Shown in pieces: positions 29,347-39,336 of a DNA stretch of 64,000 bases. The DNA comes from Oceanispirochaeta sp. (GTDB lineage Bacteria; Spirochaetota; Spirochaetia; DSM-2461), in assembly GCA_963663385.2 (NCBI GenBank), contig CAXXXD010000002.1, forward strand, positions 1,376,001 to 1,440,000, read 5' to 3'. Each line of letters starts with the position of its first letter. Within the stretch, counting starts at the first letter, position 1. The translations under genes and the position numbers were made by a program. A model generated the notes under the pieces. It was not told the DNA's origin and ran no database searches. It worked only from the letters and a program-made list of their open reading frames with translations.

Positions 29347-30357
29347 ATGGATATTATCAGAACATTTGAATTCGGCGGTTTTCCCTGTACCGCATCAATT
29401 TGCAGCAGGGATGAAGTTCTACCGGAGGATACCTCTCTTTTTGTTGCAGATGCCAACACGGTTTCTCTTGTTCCGGTTCCGGAGGAACTGCCATCGGTTA
29501 CACTCGTTCCCGGTGAAAAGGAGAAACAGTGGCCGGCGGTAGACACGATTCTTAAACTGGCCATGAAAGAAGGTCTGGCACGGGATTCCCTGATTGTCGG
29601 AGCAGGCGGGGGAGTGGTAACGGATATGACAGCCTTTGCGGCCAGCCTTTATATGAGAGGGTGCCGGGTGGTCCTTATCCCCACATCTCTCCTCGCTATG
29701 GTGGACGCCTCGTTCGGCGGAAAAACCGGTATCGATGCAGGTCCCTGTAAAAATATGATCGGTTCCTTCTACCCCGCTTCGGAAGTTCGGATCTGCCCGG
29801 ATTTTCTGAAAACCCTTCCCGACAGGGAGTTCCTGAACGGTTTGGCGGAAGTTGTTAAAACGGCCATTATCGGTGATCCGGAAATGCTGGATCTGATGAG
29901 AGAGAAGCGGGAGCGTATCCTGTATAGGGAACCGGATATTATGGCTCAGCTGATCCGCCGCTGTATCCTGGTAAAAGGAGCTCTGGTCGAAGAAGATTTA
30001 AGAGAGAAGGGCCGGCGGGCTCTGTTGAATCTGGGCCATACATTTGGTCATGCCCTGGAAGCTGTCTCGGATTTCGAATGGTCACACGGTGCTGCGGTAG
30101 CCTGGGGAATGGGCAGGGCTCTGGATGCCTCGGTCAAACTGGACCTGGCTGATCCCGCCTGGGCGCAAGAGCTCAAGCAACTGCTGACAGATTTCGGATT
30201 CCAGCTGGAAGCCTTTGTCGAAAGGGAAGATATTCTGAAAGCCATGACCATGGATAAAAAGAAGAAGGGCGGTAAACTCCGTTACATCCTCCCTGTATCC
30301 CCCGGTGATGTGCGCATCAAAACCCTGGAGGAGGATTTTGTCCGGAGTATCCTCTGA
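29347..30357 (+). CDS. aroB: 3-dehydroquinate synthase
   Basis: GGGVVTD, PTSLLAMVDASFGGKTG, KNMIGSF, LNLGHTFGHALE and DKK motifs. Confidence 0.93.
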   Translation: MDIIRTFEFGGFPCTASICSRDEVLPEDTSLFVADANTVSLVPVPEELPSVTLVPGEKEKQWPAVDTILKLAMKEGLARDSLIVGAGGGVVTDMTAFAASLYMRGCRVVLIPTSLLAMVDASFGGKTGIDAGPCKNMIGSFYPASEVRICPDFLKTLPDREFLNGLAEVVKTAIIGDPEMLDLMREKRERILYREPDIMAQLIRRCILVKGALVEEDLREKGRRALLNLGHTFGHALEAVSDFEWSHGAAVAWGMGRALDASVKLDLADPAWAQELKQLLTDFGFQLEAFVEREDILKAMTMDKKKKGGKLRYILPVSPGDVRIKTLEEDFVRSIL

Positions 30358-30411
30358 TTCATTTGATTAAGGGGGTATTGCAAAAATCAGAAGGAATCCG
30401 GTTCTAACGTG

Positions 30412-30444
30412 CCCTCTCCTTTATCCTCTCCCAGGGGGAGAGGG
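30412..30444. repeat. Single REP-like unit
   Basis: CCCTCTCCTTTAT-CCTCTCCC-AG-GGGGAGAGGG between convergent aroB and the helicase gene. Confidence 0.65.
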
Positions 30445-30466
30445 CATTATGTTTTAACACAGTCTG

Positions 30467-32944
30467 CTAATAGCTTATATACGAATCCACAAGGCGGTAG
30501 GCACTATTCACCTTCTCCCAGCTTTCAGCGGGCATCTCCTCGGATACTTCATCCGCCAGCACCTCGAGAGAGGCCAGTGAATCATTCACAGCAGTGGTGA
30601 ATTTCCCCACAGAACGGAACCAGTAGTGTCCCTCGCCGTCACACTGCAGGGCTATAATCCCGTAGGATTGTTTCTTGCGCTTTCCCGCAGAGGATATTTT
30701 CATCAGAATGTCCATATTATCCGCCAGTTCTTTCATATGCTGGGGATTATCGGAGCTGTAGTTTTTTTTGGGAATCCCCTGAATAATATCCTTTTTGGGA
30801 TTGATGGAGCTGATAATTTTGAAAATCATATTTACCTGAATCCCCTGCAGTATCTCCCTTCCTTCCCAGTGCAGTATTCCTTTCATTCCCTTATAGTCCG
30901 GCCATTGTTCCGGTGTCATCTGTTTCAGCTCCTTCCAGGCGCTGTTCCAGTCTACAAGGGCCATTTTCTTGCGGCCTTTTGCCGGCAATATTACGGGGAA
31001 GCGGGTTTTTCCGATGATGATCTCCTGAGAGGTATCCCGTTTTTTCTCTCTGGAACCCTTCAGTTGCGGTTCCAGCTGAAGGGCCAGGGATTCGGATGTC
31101 CGGCTTACCAGGGCCCGGGTCATGGGAGAGACGGAACGGGCGTATGTCTGGCTGGTTCGAACAACTTCACCCGCTACGATATAGGCAGGGTTCTCCCTGA
31201 ACATGGTTGAGCCGGGATGGATCAGTATCCTGTCTGCGGTCAGACTCTTGTAGGAGCCCCTGCCGCTGCTGATACAGACAAATTGGATCAATCCCCGGGC
31301 ACAGGCGCAGAGGTAGTTATCCAGCTCGCCTCCTTCCAGTACGGGAACTCCCATTTTATCGCTGACAATCTCTTCCAGTTGTCCCTGAATGTTAACGAGT
31401 TCCATCATGGTTCTCTCTTCCAGGTAGAATCGTTTACAGAAGGCTGTCCTGTCTCCGGCATTTAAAAATGCATCAAACAGCCTGAGGTAGGCCACAAAGT
31501 CTCCCCTTTTATCCCGGAAATGATGATGGGCTTTTCGGGCTTCCAACTCTTCTCCCTGGGGTAGTAGGTAGGGTGAGTTGGTAGAAAGAAAAGAAGCGGC
31601 AATAAGGGTTTCCCTCAGCACTTCCGGGTACTGCATGATTGATTCAACGATCATTCTGGCATGCCGGGGCATAAGGGGAAAGGGGGTCATCATTTTCCCG
31701 ATAGTGGTCAGGCGATTGTCATTATCCAGGGCATCCAGGAGTTTGAGTGTGTCAACAGCACCGATAATCCCCTTTCTTCCCGGAGGTGAGATAAAGTCAA
31801 AACTCTGAAAATCCCGAATCTCCAGCTCTGCCATCCGCAGGACAACTTCGGCCAGATCGGTCCGGTAGATCTCTTCCCGGGTAAACAGGGGACGTCCGGA
31901 AAAGGATTCCTTCGGGTAGAGACGGTAACAGGTTCCCGGTTGGGTTCGCCCGGCACGCCCCCTCCTCTGATTGGCCGAGGCCTGGGATATTTCCGTTTCT
32001 ATAAGAGAGGAGGTAAAGGTTTTTGGGTTATAGAAATTCAGTTTCGCCAGACCTGAATCGATAACTGTTGTGATTCCGTCAATGGTAACCGAAGTTTCGG
32101 CTATATTGGTGGATACGACAACCTTGGTTTTTCCAAAGGGAGTCCGGATGAAAATCCTTTCCTGTTCTTCCTTGCTCAAACGGCCGTACAGGGGTTGAAG
32201 CAGGAGCTTCCGGCTTACCGAACAGGTGCTTAAGGCGGCAATCGTGTCTTTTATTATCTTTTCACCTGACAGAAAAACAAGAACGTCTCCCTTCCGGCGG
32301 TCATTAACCACCCGTTCTACAATCTGTACAATTTTTTCTACCAGACGGTCCGGTTCTGCCATAACCGACGGGGGATCATATACCATGGCGACAGGAAATA
32401 CAGGTGTTTCGATTGTCAGGACCGGTGCCTGATCAAAATACTGGGAAAATACTGCTGCATTAATGGTTGCCGAAGATATAATAACTTTGAAATCCGGCCG
32501 TTCCGCCAGAATCCCTTTTAAAAGACCCAGAATAAAGTCAATGTTTAGGCTCCGTTCATGAGCTTCATCCACCATTATAACCTGATATTGCCGCAGCATG
32601 GGGTCGTTCTTCATTTCCTGAAGCAGGGTTCCGTCGGTCATGACTTTCATATGGGTTTCAGGAACGGTTCTGTCTTCAAAGCGCATTTTATACCCTACAA
32701 GTCCGGGTACTTTAGTGCCGATCTGTTTTGCTATATAATCGCAGACCGACAGGGTGGCGATACGGCGCGGCTGGGTCACTCCCACCATCCCCCGGGCCGT
32801 ATACCCCGCTTCGTGAAGGATCAGGGGAATCTGGGTTGTTTTTCCCGAGCCTGTGGGGCTTTCCACGATAATAACCTGATTCTCTTCCAGGCACTTGAGT
32901 ATTCGGTTCTTTTCTTTATATACAGGGAGTTCTTTGGGGTTCAC
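30467..32944 (-). CDS. hrpA: HrpA-like DEAH-box ATP-dependent RNA helicase
   Basis: GSGKTTQ, TQPRRIA, DEAH, SAT, TNIAETSVTI and QRRGRAGR motifs. Confidence 0.9.
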   Translation of the reverse strand: MNPKELPVYKEKNRILKCLEENQVIIVESPTGSGKTTQIPLILHEAGYTARGMVGVTQPRRIATLSVCDYIAKQIGTKVPGLVGYKMRFEDRTVPETHMKVMTDGTLLQEMKNDPMLRQYQVIMVDEAHERSLNIDFILGLLKGILAERPDFKVIISSATINAAVFSQYFDQAPVLTIETPVFPVAMVYDPPSVMAEPDRLVEKIVQIVERVVNDRRKGDVLVFLSGEKIIKDTIAALSTCSVSRKLLLQPLYGRLSKEEQERIFIRTPFGKTKVVVSTNIAETSVTIDGITTVIDSGLAKLNFYNPKTFTSSLIETEISQASANQRRGRAGRTQPGTCYRLYPKESFSGRPLFTREEIYRTDLAEVVLRMAELEIRDFQSFDFISPPGRKGIIGAVDTLKLLDALDNDNRLTTIGKMMTPFPLMPRHARMIVESIMQYPEVLRETLIAASFLSTNSPYLLPQGEELEARKAHHHFRDKRGDFVAYLRLFDAFLNAGDRTAFCKRFYLEERTMMELVNIQGQLEEIVSDKMGVPVLEGGELDNYLCACARGLIQFVCISSGRGSYKSLTADRILIHPGSTMFRENPAYIVAGEVVRTSQTYARSVSPMTRALVSRTSESLALQLEPQLKGSREKKRDTSQEIIIGKTRFPVILPAKGRKKMALVDWNSAWKELKQMTPEQWPDYKGMKGILHWEGREILQGIQVNMIFKIISSINPKKDIIQGIPKKNYSSDNPQHMKELADNMDILMKISSAGKRKKQSYGIIALQCDGEGHYWFRSVGKFTTAVNDSLASLEVLADEVSEEMPAESWEKVNSAYRLVDSYISY

Positions 32945-34249
32945 TTACAGAAGTTCTCCTGCCTTTTTCAAGGCTTCCTCGAGGGTTAAGCCGTCAAAGT
33001 TTTCCCTCTTTGTCATATCTTTCAGGTTAACGGTACTCGCTTCTTTTTCCTTGCTGCCGCATATTATGGCAAGCGGGATGCTTTTGGCTTCGGCAAACTT
33101 GAACTGGGGACCGAACTTTTTTGTTTCATGGTACACTTCACAGCAGAAGCCAGCTTTGCGGAAGCTGTCTGCCATACTGTGGTAGTGTCCGATCAGGTCG
33201 GAGTCCATATTCAGGATGATTACCTGGGTTTTGCTTGCTTTGGCAGCGGAATGCCCCAGCTCTTCCAGACCCGCCATCAGACGGTCCAGCCCGATGGACG
33301 ATCCCACTCCCGGGAGGGATTCTTTTGTGTACAGCCCGGCCAGGTTGTTATAGCGTCCGCCGGAACAGACCGAACCGATACCGGGCAGATCATCCAGAAA
33401 GGTTTCGTAAACAATCCCGGTGTAGTAGTCCAGACCTCTCGTGATGGAGGGGTTCAGAACAAAAGCCTCTTCAATTCCCAGTTCACATATATAACCATAG
33501 ATGGCCCGGAGCCTTTCCGTGTCTTCCGCCGGACCTCCCGCCAGATTTTCCAGCTTTTCAAGAGTCGGGATGAATCCCTCCTCCTTCTGAATAAAATCCA
33601 GAATCTTTTCGGCTTTTTCCGCATCCGCCAGTTCTGTCAGAAGCCTGACAACTTCGTCTCTTCCTATCTTGGCCAGTTTATCAACGGTTCTGAGAATTTC
33701 AACATTCTGATCCTGAATCCCAAGGTAATCCAGAAAGCGGTTGAAAATACCCCGGTGGCTCAGGTGGATGGTGCAGTTCGGTACGTTAAGAGCGCTCAGG
33801 GAGCTTCGCATCATCATCAGGATCTCAAAATCAGCCGAAGCGCAGTCGGTTCCCACAATATCAAAATCGCACTGGGTAAATTCCCTGTAGCGTCCCCTCT
33901 GGGTATTTTCACCCCGCCATACTTTATTAATATGATAACGTTTAAAGGGGAGGTAAAGATCATTCCGGTTTTTAGCCATAAAACGGGCAAAGGGGATGGT
34001 CAGGTCAAAGCGGAGAGCGATGTCCCGTTTCCCGTTATCCTGAAAGCGGTACATCTGTTTGTCCGTTTCTCCGCTTCCTTTTCCCAGTAGTACTTCCGTA
34101 TATTCCAGGGCGGGCGTGTCTATAGGGACAAATCCGTAACTCTCAAAATTGTCCTCCAACAGGCGTATGACCCTTTTCCTTTCTATTTCTACAGCCGGGA
34201 GAAAGTCCCGGAATCCTTTTAAAACTTTTGGTTCTATAATCTTGCTCAT
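32945..34249 (-). CDS. hisS: Histidine--tRNA ligase
   Basis: KGFRDFLP, LRFDLT, GRYREFTQCD, RGLDYYTG and GGRY motifs. Confidence 0.96.
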   Translation of the reverse strand: MSKIIEPKVLKGFRDFLPAVEIERKRVIRLLEDNFESYGFVPIDTPALEYTEVLLGKGSGETDKQMYRFQDNGKRDIALRFDLTIPFARFMAKNRNDLYLPFKRYHINKVWRGENTQRGRYREFTQCDFDIVGTDCASADFEILMMMRSSLSALNVPNCTIHLSHRGIFNRFLDYLGIQDQNVEILRTVDKLAKIGRDEVVRLLTELADAEKAEKILDFIQKEEGFIPTLEKLENLAGGPAEDTERLRAIYGYICELGIEEAFVLNPSITRGLDYYTGIVYETFLDDLPGIGSVCSGGRYNNLAGLYTKESLPGVGSSIGLDRLMAGLEELGHSAAKASKTQVIILNMDSDLIGHYHSMADSFRKAGFCCEVYHETKKFGPQFKFAEAKSIPLAIICGSKEKEASTVNLKDMTKRENFDGLTLEEALKKAGELL

Positions 34250-34295
34250 ACTCCGTATTCTGACGCTTCACCATTATAAAATCAAGGGTTTCGGA

Positions 34296-34742
34296 TTATT
34301 CTCCCTGTACCTGATAATAAAGTGTCCGGGTTCTATTCCCCGTGTCGCACTCTATAAGAACTACGTTCTGCCAGGGGCCAAGCTTTACCTCTCCGTCCAG
34401 AACCGGAATCGAAAGGGAGTGGTTCAGCAGGAGAGCCCGCAGGTGGCTGGAACCGTTATCATCGTGCCAGGTTTCATGGTGACAGTAAGGGGTCCCGTCA
34501 GCAAATCGTTCACCGTAAGGCAATCCAAGGGCTGAGGAGAACATATGATCCATATCGCTGTTCATAATTCCCGGTTCAGCCTCTGTTACCGCCAGCGCCG
34601 CTACGCATCCCGCTACGAAAACCATCACATACCCTTCCCGGATCCCGCTTTCGTCAACAGTTTCACGGATATGGTCATCCAGTATCACTTTTCCCATCCT
34701 GCCCTGCAGATGGTAGTCTCTTTTTTTTGTATATACAGCCAT
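34296..34742 (-). CDS. YjbQ/UPF0047-family protein
   Basis: DNGSSHLRA and LGPWQNVVLIECD motifs. Confidence 0.85.
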   Translation of the reverse strand: MAVYTKKRDYHLQGRMGKVILDDHIRETVDESGIREGYVMVFVAGCVAALAVTEAEPGIMNSDMDHMFSSALGLPYGERFADGTPYCHHETWHDDNGSSHLRALLLNHSLSIPVLDGEVKLGPWQNVVLIECDTGNRTRTLYYQVQGE

Positions 34743-34772
34743 AACGATAACCTACCAAACCTCCTGAAATTT

Positions 34773-34798
34773 AAAAAGACCGCCCCGGAAGGCGGTCT
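34773..34798 (-). terminator. Intrinsic terminator downstream of ygeW
   Basis: AGACCGCC-loop-GGCGGTCT followed by a T-run on the minus strand. Confidence 0.8.
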
Positions 34799-34819
34799 GG
34801 TCAAAACAATTCAGTTATT

Positions 34820-36016
34820 TCAGGAAATCCTTTCCTTGTTCTCCTTCAGAAGTTTCATCAGGGTTTCCGAGGGATTCCTGAATTTACTCATAAAAATCAT
34901 GGCAGCAATGATGTAGGGTTTGAAGCTGGCTTCCTTGTACAGGGGATCTCTGTAACGGTCAAATACGCTTGCCTCCACTTCGCCTTCCTTGCAGCTTACA
35001 CCGCTGATATCTGCGGGGAGACAGTGCATGTAGAGGGCCTTACCGTTTTTGGTGGTTTTCATCAGCTCTTCCGTACATTCCCAGTCTTTATGTTTGGCAT
35101 TCTGCGCCAGAAGTTCCTTTTCCAGAGCGGCAATTCCTTCATGATCCCCTTTACCGTAGAGGTCTGTCCGTTTTTCCATGGCGCTGAAGGGAGCCCAGCT
35201 TTTGGGGTATACAATATCCGCATCCTTGAAAGCCTCGGCCATGGAATTTGTTTTGGTAAAAGATCCGCCGCTGGATTCGCTGTTCTGTCTGGCCACTTCT
35301 TCCACTTCAGGCATTACTTCATAACCTTCAGGATGAGCCAGGGTGACATCCATACCGAAACGGGTCAGCAGACCGATAATTCCCTGTGGAACAGAAAGAG
35401 GTTTTCCATAGGAGGGCGAATAGGCCCAGGTCATGGCCACTTTTTTACCCTTGAGGTTTTCTATTCCGCCGAATTCATTAATCAGATGCAGCGCATCGGC
35501 CATGCTCTGTGTGGGATGGTCGATATCACACTGAAGGTTAACCAGTGTGGGGCGCTGTTCCAGAACACCATCCTGATGACCCTCTTTTACGGCTTTGGAC
35601 ACCTCCTGCATATAGGTATGACCCTTTCCGATGTACATATCGTCACGGATGCCGATAACATCTGCCATAAAGCTGATCATATTGGCTGTTTCACGAACGG
35701 TTTCGCCGTGGGCGACCTGGGATTTTCCTTCGTCCAGGTCCTGTACTTCCAGACCGAGCAGGTTACAGGCGCTGGCATAGCTGAATCGGGTCCTTGTTGA
35801 GTTATCCCGGAATAGAGATATTCCCAGTCCGCTGTCGAATACTTTCGGGGATATATTATTCTCTCTCATCCCCCTCAGAATTTCCGCAACTTCAAAAACA
35901 GCTGCAATTTCATCATCTGTTTTATCCCAGGTCAGGAAAAAATCATCAAGATACATATTTTCCGCTCTCAGGCAGGCCAGGTCCTTAATCCGTTCTTCAA
36001 TTCCCACTCTATCCAT
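34820..36016 (-). CDS. ygeW: YgeW-family knotted carbamoyltransferase
   Basis: FRDNSTRTRFS, HGETVRETANMISF, NLQCDIDHPTQ, WAYSPSYGKPLSVPQG and YMHCLPADI motifs. Confidence 0.95.
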   Translation of the reverse strand: MDRVGIEERIKDLACLRAENMYLDDFFLTWDKTDDEIAAVFEVAEILRGMRENNISPKVFDSGLGISLFRDNSTRTRFSYASACNLLGLEVQDLDEGKSQVAHGETVRETANMISFMADVIGIRDDMYIGKGHTYMQEVSKAVKEGHQDGVLEQRPTLVNLQCDIDHPTQSMADALHLINEFGGIENLKGKKVAMTWAYSPSYGKPLSVPQGIIGLLTRFGMDVTLAHPEGYEVMPEVEEVARQNSESSGGSFTKTNSMAEAFKDADIVYPKSWAPFSAMEKRTDLYGKGDHEGIAALEKELLAQNAKHKDWECTEELMKTTKNGKALYMHCLPADISGVSCKEGEVEASVFDRYRDPLYKEASFKPYIIAAMIFMSKFRNPSETLMKLLKENKERIS

Positions 36017-36043
36017 AATTTACTCTCCTCAATATAATACTAT

Positions 36044-36994
36044 TTATACTGTAATATGCGTTCCGCTGCCATTGGCAACAGCATCTTTGATGTTTTCGGG
36101 GCTGGTTATAATAACCTCTTTTCCCCCGTTTTCCAGGAATGTCATGGCTGCTTCCATTTTCGGAGACATACTGCCCGGTGCAAAATGACCGGCTTCCATA
36201 TAATCCCGGGCTTCTGCCAGACTTATATGCCTGAGTTCCTTCTGATCCGGCTTTCCGAAGTTGAGGCAGACGCTTTTTACCCCGGTAGAGATAATAAACA
36301 GGTCTGCTTTCAACATGCCCGCCATCAGACTGGTCGCCCTGTCTTTATCGATTACAGCATCAATTCCATTCAGGTTGCCCTGTTCATCTTCAATCACGGG
36401 GATCCCGCCGCCTCCACCCGCGATAACACAGAAATCTGCTTTCAAAAGGGCTTCAATAGCTTTTAATTCGATAATCTCTTTAGGTTTGGGAGAGGCAACC
36501 ATCCGTCGGAATCCTCTGCCGGCATCTTCTGTCAGAGTCCATTCCGGATGGGCTTCCTTAAGCATAATGCTCTCTTCTTCCGTGTAGAACTGTCCAATCG
36601 GTTTAGCCGGGTTGATAAAGGCATCATCATCCTTATCTACTTTTATTTGGGTCACAACAGTTGCCGCTGTCATACTAATATTCTTTTTGCGGAATTCATT
36701 ATCCAGAGCCTGTTGTAACTGATAACCGATAGCTCCCTGTGTATCCGCATCACAACTGACCAGGGGGACCGGATGCATATGGGCCACCTCTTCTGCTATT
36801 TCCGACCGTCTCAGAATGAAACCAACCTGAGGCCCGTTCCCGTGTGTTACAACAACCTGCCAGCCGGTCTCTACAAGATCGGCTATGTGTCTGGATGTTT
36901 CGCAGATTGCATTATACTGATCTTCCACACGCATATGCTCTTTATCCGAAATAAGGGAATTCCCTCCCACTGCGATTATAGCCAGTTTCTTCAT
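36044..36994 (-). CDS. arcC: Carbamate kinase
   Basis: AVGGNSL, HGNGPQVG, KPIG, GGGGIPV, AVIDKD and GSMSPK motifs. Confidence 0.95.
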   Translation of the reverse strand: MKKLAIIAVGGNSLISDKEHMRVEDQYNAICETSRHIADLVETGWQVVVTHGNGPQVGFILRRSEIAEEVAHMHPVPLVSCDADTQGAIGYQLQQALDNEFRKKNISMTAATVVTQIKVDKDDDAFINPAKPIGQFYTEEESIMLKEAHPEWTLTEDAGRGFRRMVASPKPKEIIELKAIEALLKADFCVIAGGGGGIPVIEDEQGNLNGIDAVIDKDRATSLMAGMLKADLFIISTGVKSVCLNFGKPDQKELRHISLAEARDYMEAGHFAPGSMSPKMEAAMTFLENGGKEVIITSPENIKDAVANGSGTHITV

Positions 36995-37043
36995 TTTCCC
37001 ATCCTCTTAATATAATGGCTTATCCAGTAGATTATAGATCCTA

Positions 37044-37080
37044 TTCAAATTATTTTGCAAGCTTTATTAAAAAATTGTAA
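37044..37080. promoter_or_regulatory. Putative tandem operator (two imperfect TTACAA-N5-TTGTAA boxes, 20-bp period)
   Basis: TTCAAATTATTTTGCAA (37044-37060) and TTATTAAAAAATTGTAA (37064-37080); same arrangement at 57787-57823. Confidence 0.5.
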
Positions 37081-37150
37081 GAAAATGGCCTGGTTTTTTG
37101 GCATAACTGATTTTTTCTGATATACTATCAGTGATTAGAAGGAGATCACT

Positions 37151-37780
37151 ATGGAAATACCCGGTCATCTGGAAACTTATATACCTGTCATTCAGGCGGT
37201 AGGAAGAACTCTGGGAATAGGAGAGGTACTTTTGTATGATCTTACCCAGAATCCGCCTGTAATCATAGCCAAAGAGGGGGGGATCACAGGGCGGAAAATC
37301 GGTACGCCTGCTACTCAGCTTTTGCAGGATATTATAAAGGGAATGCTGGAGCAGGATGAAACCATGCGGGTAAATTATGAATCTGTTACAAAATCAGGCA
37401 AACCCCTGAAGTCCACCACAGTTCTGCTCAGGAATGAAAGTGACGAACTACAGGGGGCCCTCAGTATTAATGTGGATATGAGTTCCATCAGCATCCTGCA
37501 GCATCTTATCAGTCAGATTTCCGGTAAAGAAAAAATTGATGAGTATGACGAGATGCCTCAGAATACACAGGAGTTCCTTAATGTCATGATCCGGAAGGGA
37601 ATTGAAAGCGTCGGTAAGCCTGTCTGTTATTTTGATAAAAAGGATAATCTTGAAGTGGTAAGATTTTTGAATTCCAATAACATATTTACGATCAAGGGAT
37701 CCACTGACTCCCTTGCGGGAGAATTGAATGTGTCCCGTTATACAATCTATAACTATATAGAAGAGGTTAAGAACAGCTGA
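37151..37780 (+). CDS. YheO/DauR-like PAS_6 + HTH transcriptional regulator
   Basis: EVLLYDL, ITGRKIG, GKPLKSTT and C-terminal F.IKGS...A..LNVSRYTIYNY motifs; divergent from arcC-ygeW. Confidence 0.88.
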   Translation: MEIPGHLETYIPVIQAVGRTLGIGEVLLYDLTQNPPVIIAKEGGITGRKIGTPATQLLQDIIKGMLEQDETMRVNYESVTKSGKPLKSTTVLLRNESDELQGALSINVDMSSISILQHLISQISGKEKIDEYDEMPQNTQEFLNVMIRKGIESVGKPVCYFDKKDNLEVVRFLNSNNIFTIKGSTDSLAGELNVSRYTIYNYIEEVKNS

Positions 37781-37831
37781 AAACCGTGTTCCACATTGTT
37801 TTTTTCTGTTTTCAGCGCCTATAATCAGAGT

Positions 37832-39298
37832 ATGTTCACTTACCTGGATGATACTGTTGAAATTATTGGTTCAGAACGGCCTCCTTTTTCAGATGACAGG
37901 ACCATACTCCCTTATTTTGATGAGATGCTTATAAAGGGAGGGATTTTCCCCTGGTTCTGGGATCTGAAATCAATGAAGTTCTTTATCCATAATTCCATTC
38001 TGGATAAAATAACAACTCCCGAAACTGTTTTCACGACCTTAAACAGATTTTTCGCTTTGAATATATTTAAGGATGATCAGGAAAAATTACTGAAGTCCCT
38101 GTTTCATTCCTATAGAATAAAGACTTTTCATCCTGTTAATTTCCGCATGTTTATTAACAGCAGGGAGTCTCTGCACTGGTTCCGAATGGAAGGTGCATTT
38201 AATTTTGAAGAGGACCGGCTGGTCAGCACTGTTGGTTACCTTGTCAACATTACCCAATACAGGAAGCTCCATCAGAGACTTTCTGATTCTACGGATTATT
38301 TCAAAACAATAACGGATATGATCCCGCTCCCTATTTTCTATAAGGACAGGAATCTGATCTACCGCTATCATAATAAGGCCTTTAATGAAGCGATGAATCT
38401 GCCTCCTGAAAAAATCAATGGCAAAACGGTGTATGATCTGGAACCCGGCTCCTTGAGTGAAATTTTCAATCAGGCTGACAGGGAACTGCTGGAAAATTCC
38501 AGTCTTCAGGTATATGAATCTACGGTCCGGTATGGTGATGGTTCCTTCAGGGATATTGTCTTTAGAAAAAATGTTATCTATACCGAAACCGGAGAGGTGG
38601 AAGGGATTGCCGGTATCATGACCGATGTGACCGAGACCCGCCGGATGGAAGTAAAAATGGCACGTATGGTTATGATGAAGGATATATCCCTTAAGACTAA
38701 TCAGGCGATTCTGGAAGGTTCAAGTCTGAATACAATCCTGAATCTTGTTATGGAGCAAATCAGAAAGATTGTTACCAGGGCTGATTGCGGTTCCATTCTT
38801 CTTCTGGATGAAGACAATATTCTGAATCTGGAGGTTTCCTTCGGGTACAGGAAAGAGGAGGCTGAAAACTTTTCCCTTCCCTTCAGGGAATCCTTTCTCT
38901 GGAATACAGGGATTTCCCCCGGAGAAGAACCGGTTATTATTCCCGATCTGTCAAAATTGGAAAAAATTGATAAATATCCTCCCATGCCGGAAACTGAGGA
39001 GAGAATTCCTGTTCAGTCAATCCTGAGCATTCCCATCTGCAGTAAGGACAGGGTGCTGGGGATTCTTTCTCTGGATAGTTATAAAAAAAATATTTTTAAT
39101 GAAGACGATCTGGAGATGATGCGCTATCTGAAGGAACATCTGCTGGTACTTCTGGATAATCAGCAGGCCTTTCAGAGGCTTCTGCAGTAGTCCCGTTTCG
39201 ACTCTCTGTCCGGTATGGCAACCAGGCATTATTTTGAAGCCGTAAAAAAAACTGCTGATTTAAATTCCCTGTTTGTAATCTTCTCTCCCTGCTACTAA
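37832..39298 (+). pseudogene. PAS-PAS-GAF sensor; truncated diguanylate cyclase remnant
   Basis: ORF stops at TAG 39188-39190. The in-frame continuation SRFDSLSGMATRHYF matches the GGDEF-domain entry motif, then closes at 39298 with no GGDEF core. Confidence 0.7.
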
Positions 39299-39336
39299 TC
39301 TTTATATTGCATGAATGACTGTAAATGGAAGGTGAC

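Noticed and set aside
39188..39190. Pyrrolysine or read-through of the TAG
   Set aside because: Read-through would add only 35 further residues with no GGDEF core; no pyl genes in the window.
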